NCBI GenBank assembly: GCA_964492745.1 | Contig: CAZBLT010000012.1 | Coordinates: 5,162-69,161, forward strand | Source: an uncultured Anaerolineaceae bacterium | GTDB taxonomy: Bacteria; Chloroflexota; Anaerolineae; Anaerolineales; E44-bin32 | DNA: 64,000 bases | Reading direction: 5' to 3' | Shown: one piece after another, positions 16,545-24,828 of the stretch | Numbering within the stretch: position 1 is the stretch's first letter | Layout of the letters: each line of letters starts with the position of its first letter | Notes under the pieces: generated by a model | What the model saw: only the letters and a program-made list of their open reading frames with translations | Database searches by the model: none | What the model was told of the DNA's origin: nothing | Made by a program: the position numbers and the translations under genes

Positions 16545-17408
16545 GTGGAGGGGAGACGCATCGTGCGCCCTCGCAAGCGACCATTGAGAATCGATCGCCT
16601 TTGCCTCGCTCCCCTTCTAGCGCTGCTTAGTGCGGCCCCGCTTGTGGCAGCCTGTGGGAAGCCACCGCTCTCGGATGAGGCCTCCGCAGCCACGCAAACC
16701 GCCGCGGCGCTCGATGCCGTAGCCGAGGCCACGCTTGTCCGCCTGCGCGAGACGGCGGATGAGGCCACTGCGCTGGCATCCACTCCTTCCGCCACGCTCA
16801 AACCGGCACCACCCACGGCCACGGCCACCGTCACGCAAACGCCCACCGCCGAACCACCAACGATCGAAGTGAGCGTGGACACTAATTGCCGGAGCGGGCC
16901 CGGGCGGGCCTATGCGTATCTGGGGGCCTTGCTCGTGGGCGAGCGCACCGAGATCGTTGCCCGCAGCAGCATCCCCGGATACTGGCTTGTGGCGAATCCG
17001 GACCGACCCGGCGGTGTCTGCTGGCTTTGGGCGCGATATGCCAAAGTGAGCGGCTCGACGGACCATTTGCCCATGCAAACGCCGCCGCCCAGCCCGACTC
17101 CCGAGCCAGGCGAGATCAACGGATGGGTCTTCGTGGACGCCGACGACGATGGAACCTGGGATAAGCCAGGTGAGAGCCCGCTCCCGGGGCAGCGCTTCTT
17201 CTTGAAGATCGGGCGCTGTCCGGGTGGAGCGACGCTGTGGGAGGGCTCGAGCCAGAGTGATGGAAGCTTCCGGATTCGCCGCGTGCCCCCCGGCCGCTAT
17301 TGTTTGGTGCACGATCCCGGCCAGCCCGCCCTCGAACCGCAGCATATCCCCATCTCCCTTGCGGAGGGAGAGCGCCTGGACGGTCTGACATTCCGGCGCT
17401 GGCCCTGA
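16545..17408 (+). CDS. Putative lipoprotein with SH3b-like and SdrD-B/carboxypeptidase-regulatory-like domains
   Basis: Lipobox-like LLSAAPLVAAC, then a PT/A-rich linker. SH3b-like CRSGPGRAYAYLGALLVGERTEIVARSSIPGYWLV, then INGWVFVDADDDGTWD...SDGSFRIRRVPPGRY. Confidence 0.6.
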   Translation: MEGRRIVRPRKRPLRIDRLCLAPLLALLSAAPLVAACGKPPLSDEASAATQTAAALDAVAEATLVRLRETADEATALASTPSATLKPAPPTATATVTQTPTAEPPTIEVSVDTNCRSGPGRAYAYLGALLVGERTEIVARSSIPGYWLVANPDRPGGVCWLWARYAKVSGSTDHLPMQTPPPSPTPEPGEINGWVFVDADDDGTWDKPGESPLPGQRFFLKIGRCPGGATLWEGSSQSDGSFRIRRVPPGRYCLVHDPGQPALEPQHIPISLAEGERLDGLTFRRWP

Positions 17409-17426
17409 CTCCCCCCACCGGATAAG

Positions 17427-17460
17427 AAAAACCCTCCGAGGCCTGCAAGGCCTCGGAGGG
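17427..17460 (-). terminator. Rho-independent terminator of the qcr operon
   Basis: On the minus strand: CCCTCCGAGGCCT-TGC-AGGCCTCGGAGGG (13-bp stem) followed by TTTTTCTTATCC. It starts 25 nt after the qcrC stop. Confidence 0.7.
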
Positions 17461-17484
17461 CTGGCTTCGCAACTTGGCTGCGAT

Positions 17485-18675
17485 CTACGGCGTGGGCGTG
17501 AGCGCCGGTTCGGTGGGTGTTTCTGCGGGAGCGGCGGGGGCGGGGGTTGGCAAGTCCTCGGGCGTCTCCGGCATTCCTGCCAGAACCCAGCGCTCCCAAA
17601 CCTCGATCCACTCCTCGCGCAGCGGCTTGGAGGGCGGCATGGGGCCGCCGGCGTCGATCTCCTCACGGTGCAACATGCGGATGAGATTGCTGCCCAGATC
17701 GCCAGCGATCAGATTGGGCGCGTTGTCCCCGCTTTTGATGATCTCGTCGTAATCGCGCATCAGATAGTTGTTGTTCTTCTTGCCCGGACGGTGGCAGGAG
17801 AGACAGGTGCGGCGGACGATGGACTCGATATGGACGGTGTAGGTGGGAATCTCGTCCGGACCCAGCTCCGGCACGGCGCCGGCCGCGAGCGCTTCCTCAG
17901 GAATCTCGACCCGGTCGTCCCAGGTATAGCGCATGAAGGTCACGATCCACTCGATCTCGCCGCGCTGCAGTTCGCCCCCATAGGCCAATCCGAAGGGGGG
18001 CATGCCCAAATCTTGCTGGCCATAGTCGATGACGTTGAAGATGGTCTCATCCGTGCGGGTATAGATGAAATCGGGGGCGTTGAGCGGCGCCACCACGACG
18101 CCCTCCAGGCCCTCCACGGTGGTGATCTCCCCGCCCTCACCCTCGGCCCCGTGACATTCGACGCAGTGCAGGCCGTACAGATCCTGCCCCAGCACAATCT
18201 GTTCGCTGATCGAGTCGGCCAAGGTGAACTCCTCCTGGGGAGGCGTGGTGACCGCAGCCAGGATGGTGAGCACGACAATGCCAATCACGCTGACCCCCAT
18301 GAGGCTGATGGCGACTTTCCTGCGGCTCCAATGGCGGAAGGGGCTGCGGTCGTAGAACGGCAGCAGCAGCAAAGCCAGGACGGCCACAAAGGGGACGATC
18401 GTGGTGCCGACCCACTCGATCGCGCCCGGGAAGTATTTCAAGAGCTGGAACAGGAAGAGGAAGTACCATTCGGGCCGGGGGATATAACTGGTGTCGTTGG
18501 GATCAGCCGGCGGTTCGGGCTTCACGCCCACGAAGGTCGCCAGGCCGAGCAGCAGGATGAAGATCCCAAACGAGACGATCAGGTCCTTATAGATGATCTC
18601 GGGGAAGAACTTCACGCCGTGCTGCTTGGCGCGCTCGTAGCGCTCCTTGTATTGCTCTTTGGGATCCGCTTCCAC
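17485..18675 (-). CDS. qcrC: Menaquinol-cytochrome c reductase subunit IV fused to two cytochrome c modules
   Basis: The subunit IV region is PRPEWYFLFLFQLLKYFPG. There are two CXXCH motifs: CVECH (18151-18165) and CLSCH (17791-17805). The second lies in a PSCyt1-like context (GGPMPPS...WIEVWERWVLAGMP). The start is uncertain. I prefer GTG at 18675 (GGAG 6 nt upstream, just after the qcrB stop). Alternatives are ATG at 18708 or 18753. Confidence 0.8.
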   Translation of the reverse strand: MEADPKEQYKERYERAKQHGVKFFPEIIYKDLIVSFGIFILLLGLATFVGVKPEPPADPNDTSYIPRPEWYFLFLFQLLKYFPGAIEWVGTTIVPFVAVLALLLLPFYDRSPFRHWSRRKVAISLMGVSVIGIVVLTILAAVTTPPQEEFTLADSISEQIVLGQDLYGLHCVECHGAEGEGGEITTVEGLEGVVVAPLNAPDFIYTRTDETIFNVIDYGQQDLGMPPFGLAYGGELQRGEIEWIVTFMRYTWDDRVEIPEEALAAGAVPELGPDEIPTYTVHIESIVRRTCLSCHRPGKKNNNYLMRDYDEIIKSGDNAPNLIAGDLGSNLIRMLHREEIDAGGPMPPSKPLREEWIEVWERWVLAGMPETPEDLPTPAPAAPAETPTEPALTPTP

Positions 18676-18685
18676 GATGGCGCTC

Positions 18686-19345
18686 CTATTCGTCCTGGCT
18701 GGGGACATGGCTGATACCCAGCCGGATGACCAGGTAGATATGCACGCCGACAAGGCCGATTAGGGCCGCGGGCAGCATCCAGATATGGGCGCTGAAGAAC
18801 CGCACCAGCGTGAGCGTAGTGAGGTCGGTGCCGCCGCGTAGAGCCCGGTTGATGAAAGGGCCAATGAAGGGAATCGTTTCGGTGATCGAGGTACCTACAG
18901 TGGTCGCCCAGTAGGCACGCTGGTTCCAGGGCAGCAGATAGCCGGTGAACCCCATGCCCAGGGTCCCCAGCAGCAGCAGCACGCCGGTGATCCAGGTGAC
19001 CTCGCGTGGGTATTTGTAGGCGCCGTAGAAGAAGGTGCGCAGCATATGCAGGAAGACGGTGATCACCATCAGAGTGGCACCCCAATGGTGGATGCCCCGG
19101 ATCAGCCATCCGAAGGCGACCTCATTCATGATGTAGTTGATGCTCTCGTAGGCCTGCTCGGGGTGGGGAACATAGTAGACGGTGAGGAATATTCCTGTCG
19201 CTCCCTGAACAAGCGCCAGGAAGAGAGTGGAGCTTCCCAGCGTGAAGAGCCAGTTGACCTTGGGGACTTTACGGTCCAGAATTACGTCGTAGATGGCCTT
19301 GAGCCCCAGGCGTTCGTCCAGCCAGGCGAACCATCGAGCAGCCAC
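18686..19345 (-). CDS. qcrB: Cytochrome b (b6-type, N-terminal 4-helix half)
   Basis: IRGIHHWGATLMVITVFLHMLRTFFYGAYK and GYLLPWNQRAYWATTVG carry the heme-ligand histidines and match the cytochrome b6 pattern. GTG start with GGAGG upstream. Confidence 0.9.
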   Translation of the reverse strand: MAARWFAWLDERLGLKAIYDVILDRKVPKVNWLFTLGSSTLFLALVQGATGIFLTVYYVPHPEQAYESINYIMNEVAFGWLIRGIHHWGATLMVITVFLHMLRTFFYGAYKYPREVTWITGVLLLLGTLGMGFTGYLLPWNQRAYWATTVGTSITETIPFIGPFINRALRGGTDLTTLTLVRFFSAHIWMLPAALIGLVGVHIYLVIRLGISHVPSQDE

Positions 19346-19346
19346 G

Positions 19347-19847
19347 TCAGGCCTCCGTGAGGTGAATCATCAGCGTGCCATCCTCGACCTTGTATTCAAA
19401 GCGGTCTAGCGGCCGTGGTTGGGGACCGGAGATAATCGAGCCGTCCTTGGCGAAACGTCCGTCATGACAAGGACATTGGAAGATACCCATGTCCTCCTTC
19501 CAACTCACGCGGCAGCTGAGATGGGTGCAGATGTTGGAGAAGACATCCAGGGAGCCGTCCGATTTCTTGATGACATAGATGCCGTAACTCTGAGCGGTGC
19601 GTTCCCAGCCAACCTGTTTTGTGCGTGTGAAGGAGAACAGCTTGGGCTCCCCTGGCGTCAGGTCCTCAACCAGCCCCAGCGGCACCCATTCGTCCCGTGT
19701 GGCCCGGAAGGATTTAAGCCCCGGCGCCAGCCAGTAGCCGATGGCCGGGATGCCGATAAGCACCGAGATGATGCCGCCCAGGAACCCCACCATGCCTGCC
19801 ACGAAGCCACGCCGGCTGAGGCCATGATCGTGAGAGTCGCCGGCCAT
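19347..19847 (-). CDS. qcrA: Rieske 2Fe-2S subunit of the bc-type complex
   Basis: Tat-like SRRGFVAGMVGFLGG. Rieske boxes CTHLSCRV and CPCHDGRF. ATG at 19847 with GGAGG upstream. Confidence 0.9.
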   Translation of the reverse strand: MAGDSHDHGLSRRGFVAGMVGFLGGIISVLIGIPAIGYWLAPGLKSFRATRDEWVPLGLVEDLTPGEPKLFSFTRTKQVGWERTAQSYGIYVIKKSDGSLDVFSNICTHLSCRVSWKEDMGIFQCPCHDGRFAKDGSIISGPQPRPLDRFEYKVEDGTLMIHLTEA

Positions 19848-20043
19848 GTACAACCTCCAGGATGCGCGAGGGGGCGACTCACGCCGCCCCCCCACCAAGG
19901 ACATCGCTGATGCTGCCTATTCTACCGCATGCTGAAGCGAGGCAAGAAGTGATGAATAGCATACAGCCGCCCAGCCAGAGGATAGGAAATCTGGCTCCAG
20001 AAACATGGATAGGCGTCGCTGGTGATATGGCCCAGCAAACCGC

Positions 20044-20049
20044 TATAAT
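20044..20049 (+). promoter_or_regulatory. Candidate -10 box (TATAAT) for sdhCDAB
   Basis: A perfect TATAAT 30 nt upstream of the sdhC ATG, in the qcr/sdh divergent spacer. No convincing -35. Confidence 0.35.
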
Positions 20050-20079
20050 GGGCGATGTTCGAGGCGATCACCCTATCGC

Positions 20080-20481
20080 ATGGGAGGCAATATGGCCCTC
20101 AGTCGACGTGTGAGCCTTGGGGCGGCGCTGCGCTACAAGGGCAAGGAGGGCATGCTCAACTGGCTCTTGCATCGCATCTCCGGCCTGGGCATCCTACTCT
20201 TCGCCGGAACGCATGTCGTCGTCTCGTTCTTTGGCCAGCAGTTCGGCTCGGATGTGGCCTTTGCCATCAATACCATCTACGAGTCATGGTCGTTCCAGAT
20301 ATTCGTCTATTTTTGCGTGCTTTTCCACGCCCTGAACGGGTCGCGGCTGGCCGTGATGGACCTGTTCCCGGCGCTCATCCGCTTTGAGCGCGAGCTGGTC
20401 TGGCTGCAGTGGATCCTCTTCTTTCCAGCCTACGGCTTGCCGGTCTACTTCATGGTGCAGAACACCCTGGCCGGGGTGTGA
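20080..20481 (+). CDS. sdhC: Succinate dehydrogenase cytochrome b subunit
   Basis: YKGKEGMLNWLLHRISGLGILLFAGTHV is the typical SdhC start. Three predicted TM helices. First gene of sdhCDAB. Confidence 0.8.
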   Translation: MGGNMALSRRVSLGAALRYKGKEGMLNWLLHRISGLGILLFAGTHVVVSFFGQQFGSDVAFAINTIYESWSFQIFVYFCVLFHALNGSRLAVMDLFPALIRFERELVWLQWILFFPAYGLPVYFMVQNTLAGV

Positions 20482-20501
20482 GACGGGAGGGGAGGTTGCT
20501 A

Positions 20502-20924
20502 ATGCGATCACCAAGGCCAGTGCGCTCCGCAGGTGCCTTTGAATACGGCATGTGGCTCTTCACCCGCATCTCAGGGCTAGTATTGATGATCTTCGGTGCT
20601 ATAAGCATGGGGATGGCATTCTCGTTGGGCGGGAGGCGTTACCTAGACATGCCTTCCTTCCTGCGCTGGAGCTTCTTCCCCAACCCTAACCACGTGGTCA
20701 ACAGTGATATCCCGGATGTAAGCCTGGGCTGGTCGAACGCCTTTTGGCAAATCTACAGCATGGTGATGATCTTCTTGGCCGCCGTGCACGCAGTGAACGG
20801 GCTGCGCAGGGTGCTCGAGGACTACATCCAAAACTCATTGTTGATAGCCGTGTTACGCTTCCTGCTGCTCGTGATACTCGTGGGGGCCTTAATCGTCGCC
20901 ATCTATGTCATCCTGGCTTCATAA
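20502..20924 (+). CDS. sdhD: Succinate dehydrogenase hydrophobic anchor subunit
   Basis: Start at MRSPRPVRSAGAFEYGMWLFTRISG (ATG 20502, GGAGG upstream). Small three-TM protein between sdhC and sdhA. The longer track ORF overlaps sdhC. Confidence 0.7.
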   Translation: MRSPRPVRSAGAFEYGMWLFTRISGLVLMIFGAISMGMAFSLGGRRYLDMPSFLRWSFFPNPNHVVNSDIPDVSLGWSNAFWQIYSMVMIFLAAVHAVNGLRRVLEDYIQNSLLIAVLRFLLLVILVGALIVAIYVILAS

Positions 20925-20957
20925 ATCCGCCGGGCACTGTACGGGAGAGATCTATCC

Positions 20958-22745
20958 ATGCAGCATGAATATGAAGTCGTGATCGTGGGCGGGGGCGGGG
21001 CCGGGCTGATGGCCGCCATCTATGCCTCAAAGGGTGCCAAGACGGCGGTGCTGAGCAAGCTCTACCCGGTTCGCTCTCACACCGGGACGGCACAGGGCGG
21101 CGTGGGGGCCGCCTTGGGCAGCGAAGAGGATGACCGCCCCGAATGGCATACCTTCGATACCGTAAAGGGCAGCGACTACCTGGGCGACCAGGACGCCATC
21201 GAGTTTATGTGTAAGCAGGCCGTCGACACGGTCTACGAATTGGAGCACATGGGGCTGCCCTTCAACCGCACGCCGGAAGGTCGCATCGCTCAGCGTCCCT
21301 TCGGCGGCCATACTAACAACGAGACTGGCAAGCCCGTGCGCCGGGCGGCCTACGCCGCAGACCGCACAGGACACATGATCCTGCAGACTCTTTATCAGCA
21401 GTGCATCAAGAACAATGTCACCTTCTTCGATGAGTTCCAGGTGCTCGACTTGCTGGTGCGGGATGGCGTGGCCTGTGGGGTGGTGGCGGTCGAACTGGCG
21501 ACCGGCGAGTTGCACACCTTCCATGCCAAAGCGGTGATCTTCACCACCGGCGGTTGGGGCCGGGTTTGGGAGATCACATCCAATGCCCATTCCTACACCG
21601 GCGACGGCGTGGCGGTGGCGATGCGCCGTGGCATCCCGGCGGAGGATATGGAGTTCTTCCAATTCCATCCCACCGGTATCTACCGCATGGGCATCTTGAT
21701 TACAGAGGGGGTGCGTGGTGAGGGTGGCGTGCTCATCAACGATGAGGGCGAGCGCTTCATGGAGCGTTATGCCCCTACCGTGAAAGACCTGGCCTCACGC
21801 GATGTAGTGAGCCGGGCGATGTACCTGGAAATGCGCGAGGGGCGCGGTATCGGCGGGCAACGCTATCTTTACCTGGATGTGCGCCCCGAGACAGTCAACA
21901 AGTACGCCCAGATCGATGGACGCACCTTCCCGGATGGCAGCCCGTATCGTGTGACCGCCGCCGATATCCTCGCCAAGCTGCCGGACATCATCGATTTCTG
22001 CCGCACCTATATGGACGTTGATCCGGTCATGCAACCCATGCCTGTGCAGCCCACCGCCCACTACGCCATGGGTGGCGTTCCTACCGATATGCATGGCCAT
22101 GTGGTGATCGATGAGGAAAACAAGATCATGCCCGGGCTGTATGCAGCCGGCGAGGTGGCCTGCGTCTCGGTCCACGGCGCGAACCGCCTGGGGACCAACT
22201 CGCTCCTGGACATCGTCGTCTTTGGGAAGGAAGCGGGCATCCGCGCCGCAGAATACGCCCAAGGGGTCGATTTCACACCCCTGCCGGAGGATCCTCAGGC
22301 CTACGTGCGCGAGCAGCTAGAGGCGCTGCGCAGCGCGGATGGCACCGAGGTGGCCGCCGATATCCGCCGCGAGATGCAAGTGGCCATGTTCGACCACGTC
22401 AGCGTCTTCCGCACCGAGGAGGGCATGCAAGAGGCGCTCGAGAAGATCCGCGAACTGAAGGACCGCTTCCGGCATGTCCGGGCCGGCGACCCCGGGCACA
22501 TCTTCAACACCGATGTGCTAGAAGCCTGGGAACTTGGTTGCATGCTGGATATCGCGGAGGTCACGGCGGTGTCGGCGCTAGCGCGGAAGGAAAGCCGCGG
22601 GGCACATGCCCGCGAGGACTTCCCCAAACGGGATGACAAACGCTGGCTGAAGCACACGCTGGCCTATCTCGACTGGAAAGGCGTCTCACTGCGCTATAAG
22701 CCCGTGACGATCACGCGTTTCAAGCCTAAGGAGCGCACGTACTAG
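20958..22745 (+). CDS. sdhA: Succinate dehydrogenase flavoprotein subunit
   Basis: VVIVGGGGAGLMAA, RSHTGTAQGG (FAD-linking His) and HPTG..GILITEGVRGEGG are canonical SdhA/FrdA motifs. Confidence 0.97.
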   Translation: MQHEYEVVIVGGGGAGLMAAIYASKGAKTAVLSKLYPVRSHTGTAQGGVGAALGSEEDDRPEWHTFDTVKGSDYLGDQDAIEFMCKQAVDTVYELEHMGLPFNRTPEGRIAQRPFGGHTNNETGKPVRRAAYAADRTGHMILQTLYQQCIKNNVTFFDEFQVLDLLVRDGVACGVVAVELATGELHTFHAKAVIFTTGGWGRVWEITSNAHSYTGDGVAVAMRRGIPAEDMEFFQFHPTGIYRMGILITEGVRGEGGVLINDEGERFMERYAPTVKDLASRDVVSRAMYLEMREGRGIGGQRYLYLDVRPETVNKYAQIDGRTFPDGSPYRVTAADILAKLPDIIDFCRTYMDVDPVMQPMPVQPTAHYAMGGVPTDMHGHVVIDEENKIMPGLYAAGEVACVSVHGANRLGTNSLLDIVVFGKEAGIRAAEYAQGVDFTPLPEDPQAYVREQLEALRSADGTEVAADIRREMQVAMFDHVSVFRTEEGMQEALEKIRELKDRFRHVRAGDPGHIFNTDVLEAWELGCMLDIAEVTAVSALARKESRGAHAREDFPKRDDKRWLKHTLAYLDWKGVSLRYKPVTITRFKPKERTY

Positions 22746-22755
22746 GAGAGGTGTC

Positions 22756-23457
22756 ATGGAGGTTACGCTTCGCATCCTGCGCTACAACCCGGAGACCGAC
22801 AAGAAGCCTCACTATGAGACCTATACGGTGGAAGCCGAGCCCAATGACCAGGTGCTCGATCTGCTCAACCGCGTGAAGTGGTATCAGGACGGCACGCTCT
22901 CCTACCGGCGCTCGTGCGCGCATGGCATTTGCGGCTCGGACGCCATGCGCATCAACGGAGTGAACCGGCTGGCGTGCAAGGTGCTTGTGAAGGATGTGGG
23001 CACCAAGATCACCGTGGAGCCGATCCTCGGCCTGCCGGTGATCAAGGATCTGATCGTGGACATGGAGCCCTTCTTCGAGCACTACCGGACGGTGATGCCC
23101 TACCTGGTGAACGACGACCCCCCGCCGCAGCGGGAGCGTCTCCAGACGCCCGAGCAGCGCGCCCGCTTCGACGACACCACCAAGTGCATCCTCTGCGCCG
23201 CCTGCACCACCTCCTGCCCGTCTTTCTGGGCCAGCGGAGAATACGTGGGTCCGGCGGCGATCGTGCAGGCCCATCGCTTCATCTTCGACAGCCGAGACCA
23301 GGCAGGCCCGGAACGTTTAAAGATCCTGAACCATCGCATGGGCATCTGGCGCTGCCATGATATCTACAACTGCACGGATGCCTGCCCGCGTGAGATCGAG
23401 GTCACCAAGGCGGTGGGCGAGGTCAAGATGGCCATCGCCACCGGGAAAATCGAGTAG
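22756..23457 (+). CDS. sdhB: Succinate dehydrogenase iron-sulfur subunit
   Basis: Three Cys clusters: SCAHGICGSDAMRING, CILCAACTTSCP and CHDIYNCTDACP. Confidence 0.97.
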   Translation: MEVTLRILRYNPETDKKPHYETYTVEAEPNDQVLDLLNRVKWYQDGTLSYRRSCAHGICGSDAMRINGVNRLACKVLVKDVGTKITVEPILGLPVIKDLIVDMEPFFEHYRTVMPYLVNDDPPPQRERLQTPEQRARFDDTTKCILCAACTTSCPSFWASGEYVGPAAIVQAHRFIFDSRDQAGPERLKILNHRMGIWRCHDIYNCTDACPREIEVTKAVGEVKMAIATGKIE

Positions 23458-23500
23458 CCCGATATCCCTCACACCGGCGGGGAGCCAAACCAGACAGTTC

Positions 23501-23523
23501 GCGGCCACCACCCGGGTGGCCGC
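23501..23523 (+). terminator. GC-rich stem-loop downstream of sdhB
   Basis: GCGGCCACC-ACCCG-GGTGGCCGC, a 9-bp perfect stem 44 nt after the sdhB stop. No U-tract, so function is uncertain. Confidence 0.35.
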
Positions 23524-23615
23524 TGCGCGCCGGGTATGGTCTGCAATGGATTTGATAGGTGCCTGCAAGGCACTTTGCTGTACTATAAAGGAGTGAGCGG
23601 CTGGAACTCGCCCCC

Positions 23616-24695
23616 ATGGACCTGAAGGAGATCTTCAATCGCCCCCCGCGGATCCTGATCGCGGACGACGATTGGCTCAATCGAGATTTGCTCCAAACCT
23701 TCCTTGCCACCTCCGGGTGCGAGGTCATCGCCGCGGCGGATGGCCGGGCCGCACTTGAGTCGGCCATGGATAATCCTCCCGATTTGGCGCTGGTCGACGT
23801 GCAGATGCCGCGCATGGACGGGCTCTCGCTCTGCCGGGCGATGAAGAGCCATCCCTCTACCCGGTTTGTTCCCGTGGTGATCGTCACCGCGCTAGACAGC
23901 GAGGAGGAGAAGCTACGCGCCATCGAGGCCGGCGCCGATGACTTCGTAACCAAGCCCTATAGCTCCGTCGTGCTGCTCACGCGCGTGCGGTCGCTCTTGC
24001 GCATCAAGAAGCTTCACGACGAAGTGGAGGCCCGAAACAGGCTGCTGCGCCAGGTGCTCGATCGTTTCCTGGCCGAAGACGTCACCGATGTGATCCTCAC
24101 CGACCCCGAGCGCTATCTCAAGCTGGGCGGGGACATTTGCCCCGTGACCGTGCTCTTCGCCGACATCCGCGGCTTCACGCGCTTCACCGAGCAGAACACG
24201 GCCGAGAAGGTGATCGAGACCCTCAACCACATCTTCCAGTCACTGAGCCAGGTGGTCTTCAAGCACCGTGGCACCTTCGACAAGTACTTGGGCGATGGCT
24301 TCATGGCCTTCTATGGCGCGCCGGTGGCTGGCGAGGATGACGCCAAGCGTGCCGTGGACACAGCGATCGAGATGCAGCTATTGTTCCGCGGCCTCCGCGA
24401 GAACTCGGGCGACGAGCTGCGCGGCCTGGGATTGGGGATCGGTTTGCACTCCGGAGAGGCAGTGGTGGGCAACATCGGCTCGGAGAAGGTGATGGACTAC
24501 ACCGTAGTAGGGGACGTGGTGAATGTGGCCAAGCGGCTGCAGGAGCAAGCCGGGAGCGGGCAGATTCTGCTTAGCCGTCACACCTACGAACTGGCGCATA
24601 AGGAGGTGGAGGCCGAGCCGCTGGAGCCTATCCAGGTCATCGGACGGCGCGAGCCCATTCCCGCCTACCTCATTCAGGTCTCAGGTGCCGGGTAG
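23616..24695 (+). CDS. Response-regulator receiver fused to a class III adenylate/guanylate cyclase
   Basis: REC: ILIADDD...PDLALVDVQMPRMDG...VTKP. Cyclase: VLFADIRGFTRFTE and GDGFMAFYGAP. Confidence 0.85.
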   Translation: MDLKEIFNRPPRILIADDDWLNRDLLQTFLATSGCEVIAAADGRAALESAMDNPPDLALVDVQMPRMDGLSLCRAMKSHPSTRFVPVVIVTALDSEEEKLRAIEAGADDFVTKPYSSVVLLTRVRSLLRIKKLHDEVEARNRLLRQVLDRFLAEDVTDVILTDPERYLKLGGDICPVTVLFADIRGFTRFTEQNTAEKVIETLNHIFQSLSQVVFKHRGTFDKYLGDGFMAFYGAPVAGEDDAKRAVDTAIEMQLLFRGLRENSGDELRGLGLGIGLHSGEAVVGNIGSEKVMDYTVVGDVVNVAKRLQEQAGSGQILLSRHTYELAHKEVEAEPLEPIQVIGRREPIPAYLIQVSGAG

Positions 24696-24700
24696 GCTCG

Positions 24701-24709
24701 TGCTATAAT
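24701..24709 (+). promoter_or_regulatory. Extended -10 element TGCTATAAT upstream of tRNA-Arg
   Basis: TGCTATAAT ends 8 nt before the mature tRNA 5' end (24718). The same 9-mer recurs upstream of other genes in the window. Confidence 0.5.
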
Positions 24710-24717
24710 GCCGGAGA

Positions 24718-24791
24718 GCCCCAGTAGCTCAATAGGATAGAGCAAGGCTCTCCTAAAGCCTAGGTTGCGCGTTCGAATCGCGCCTGGGGCA
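24718..24791 (+). tRNA. tRNA-Arg (anticodon CCT)
   Basis: Hand-folded cloverleaf. Acceptor GCCCCAG/CTGGGGC, D stem GCTC/GAGC, anticodon stem AGGCT/AGCCT with loop CTCCTAA, T arm GCGCG-TTCGAAT-CGCGC, discriminator A. 74 nt, CCA not encoded. Confidence 0.9.
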
Positions 24792-24795
24792 CACA

Positions 24796-24820
24796 GCGCC
24801 TCCGATGGGAGGCGCTTTCG
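24796..24820 (+). terminator. Rho-independent terminator after tRNA-Arg
   Basis: GCGCCTCC-GATG-GGAGGCGC, a perfect 8-bp stem followed by TTTCG. It sits between the tRNA and the convergent SLC13 gene. Confidence 0.55.
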
Positions 24821-24828
24821 CATCCGGT

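Noticed and set aside
16617-18714. Two very long ORFs (16617..17666 minus, 349 aa; 17668..18714 plus, 348 aa).
   Set aside because: They run antisense or out of frame to the lipoprotein gene and to qcrC, both of which have clear motifs. Their translations are Arg/Pro/Gly/Ala-rich, as expected for non-coding frames in GC-rich DNA.
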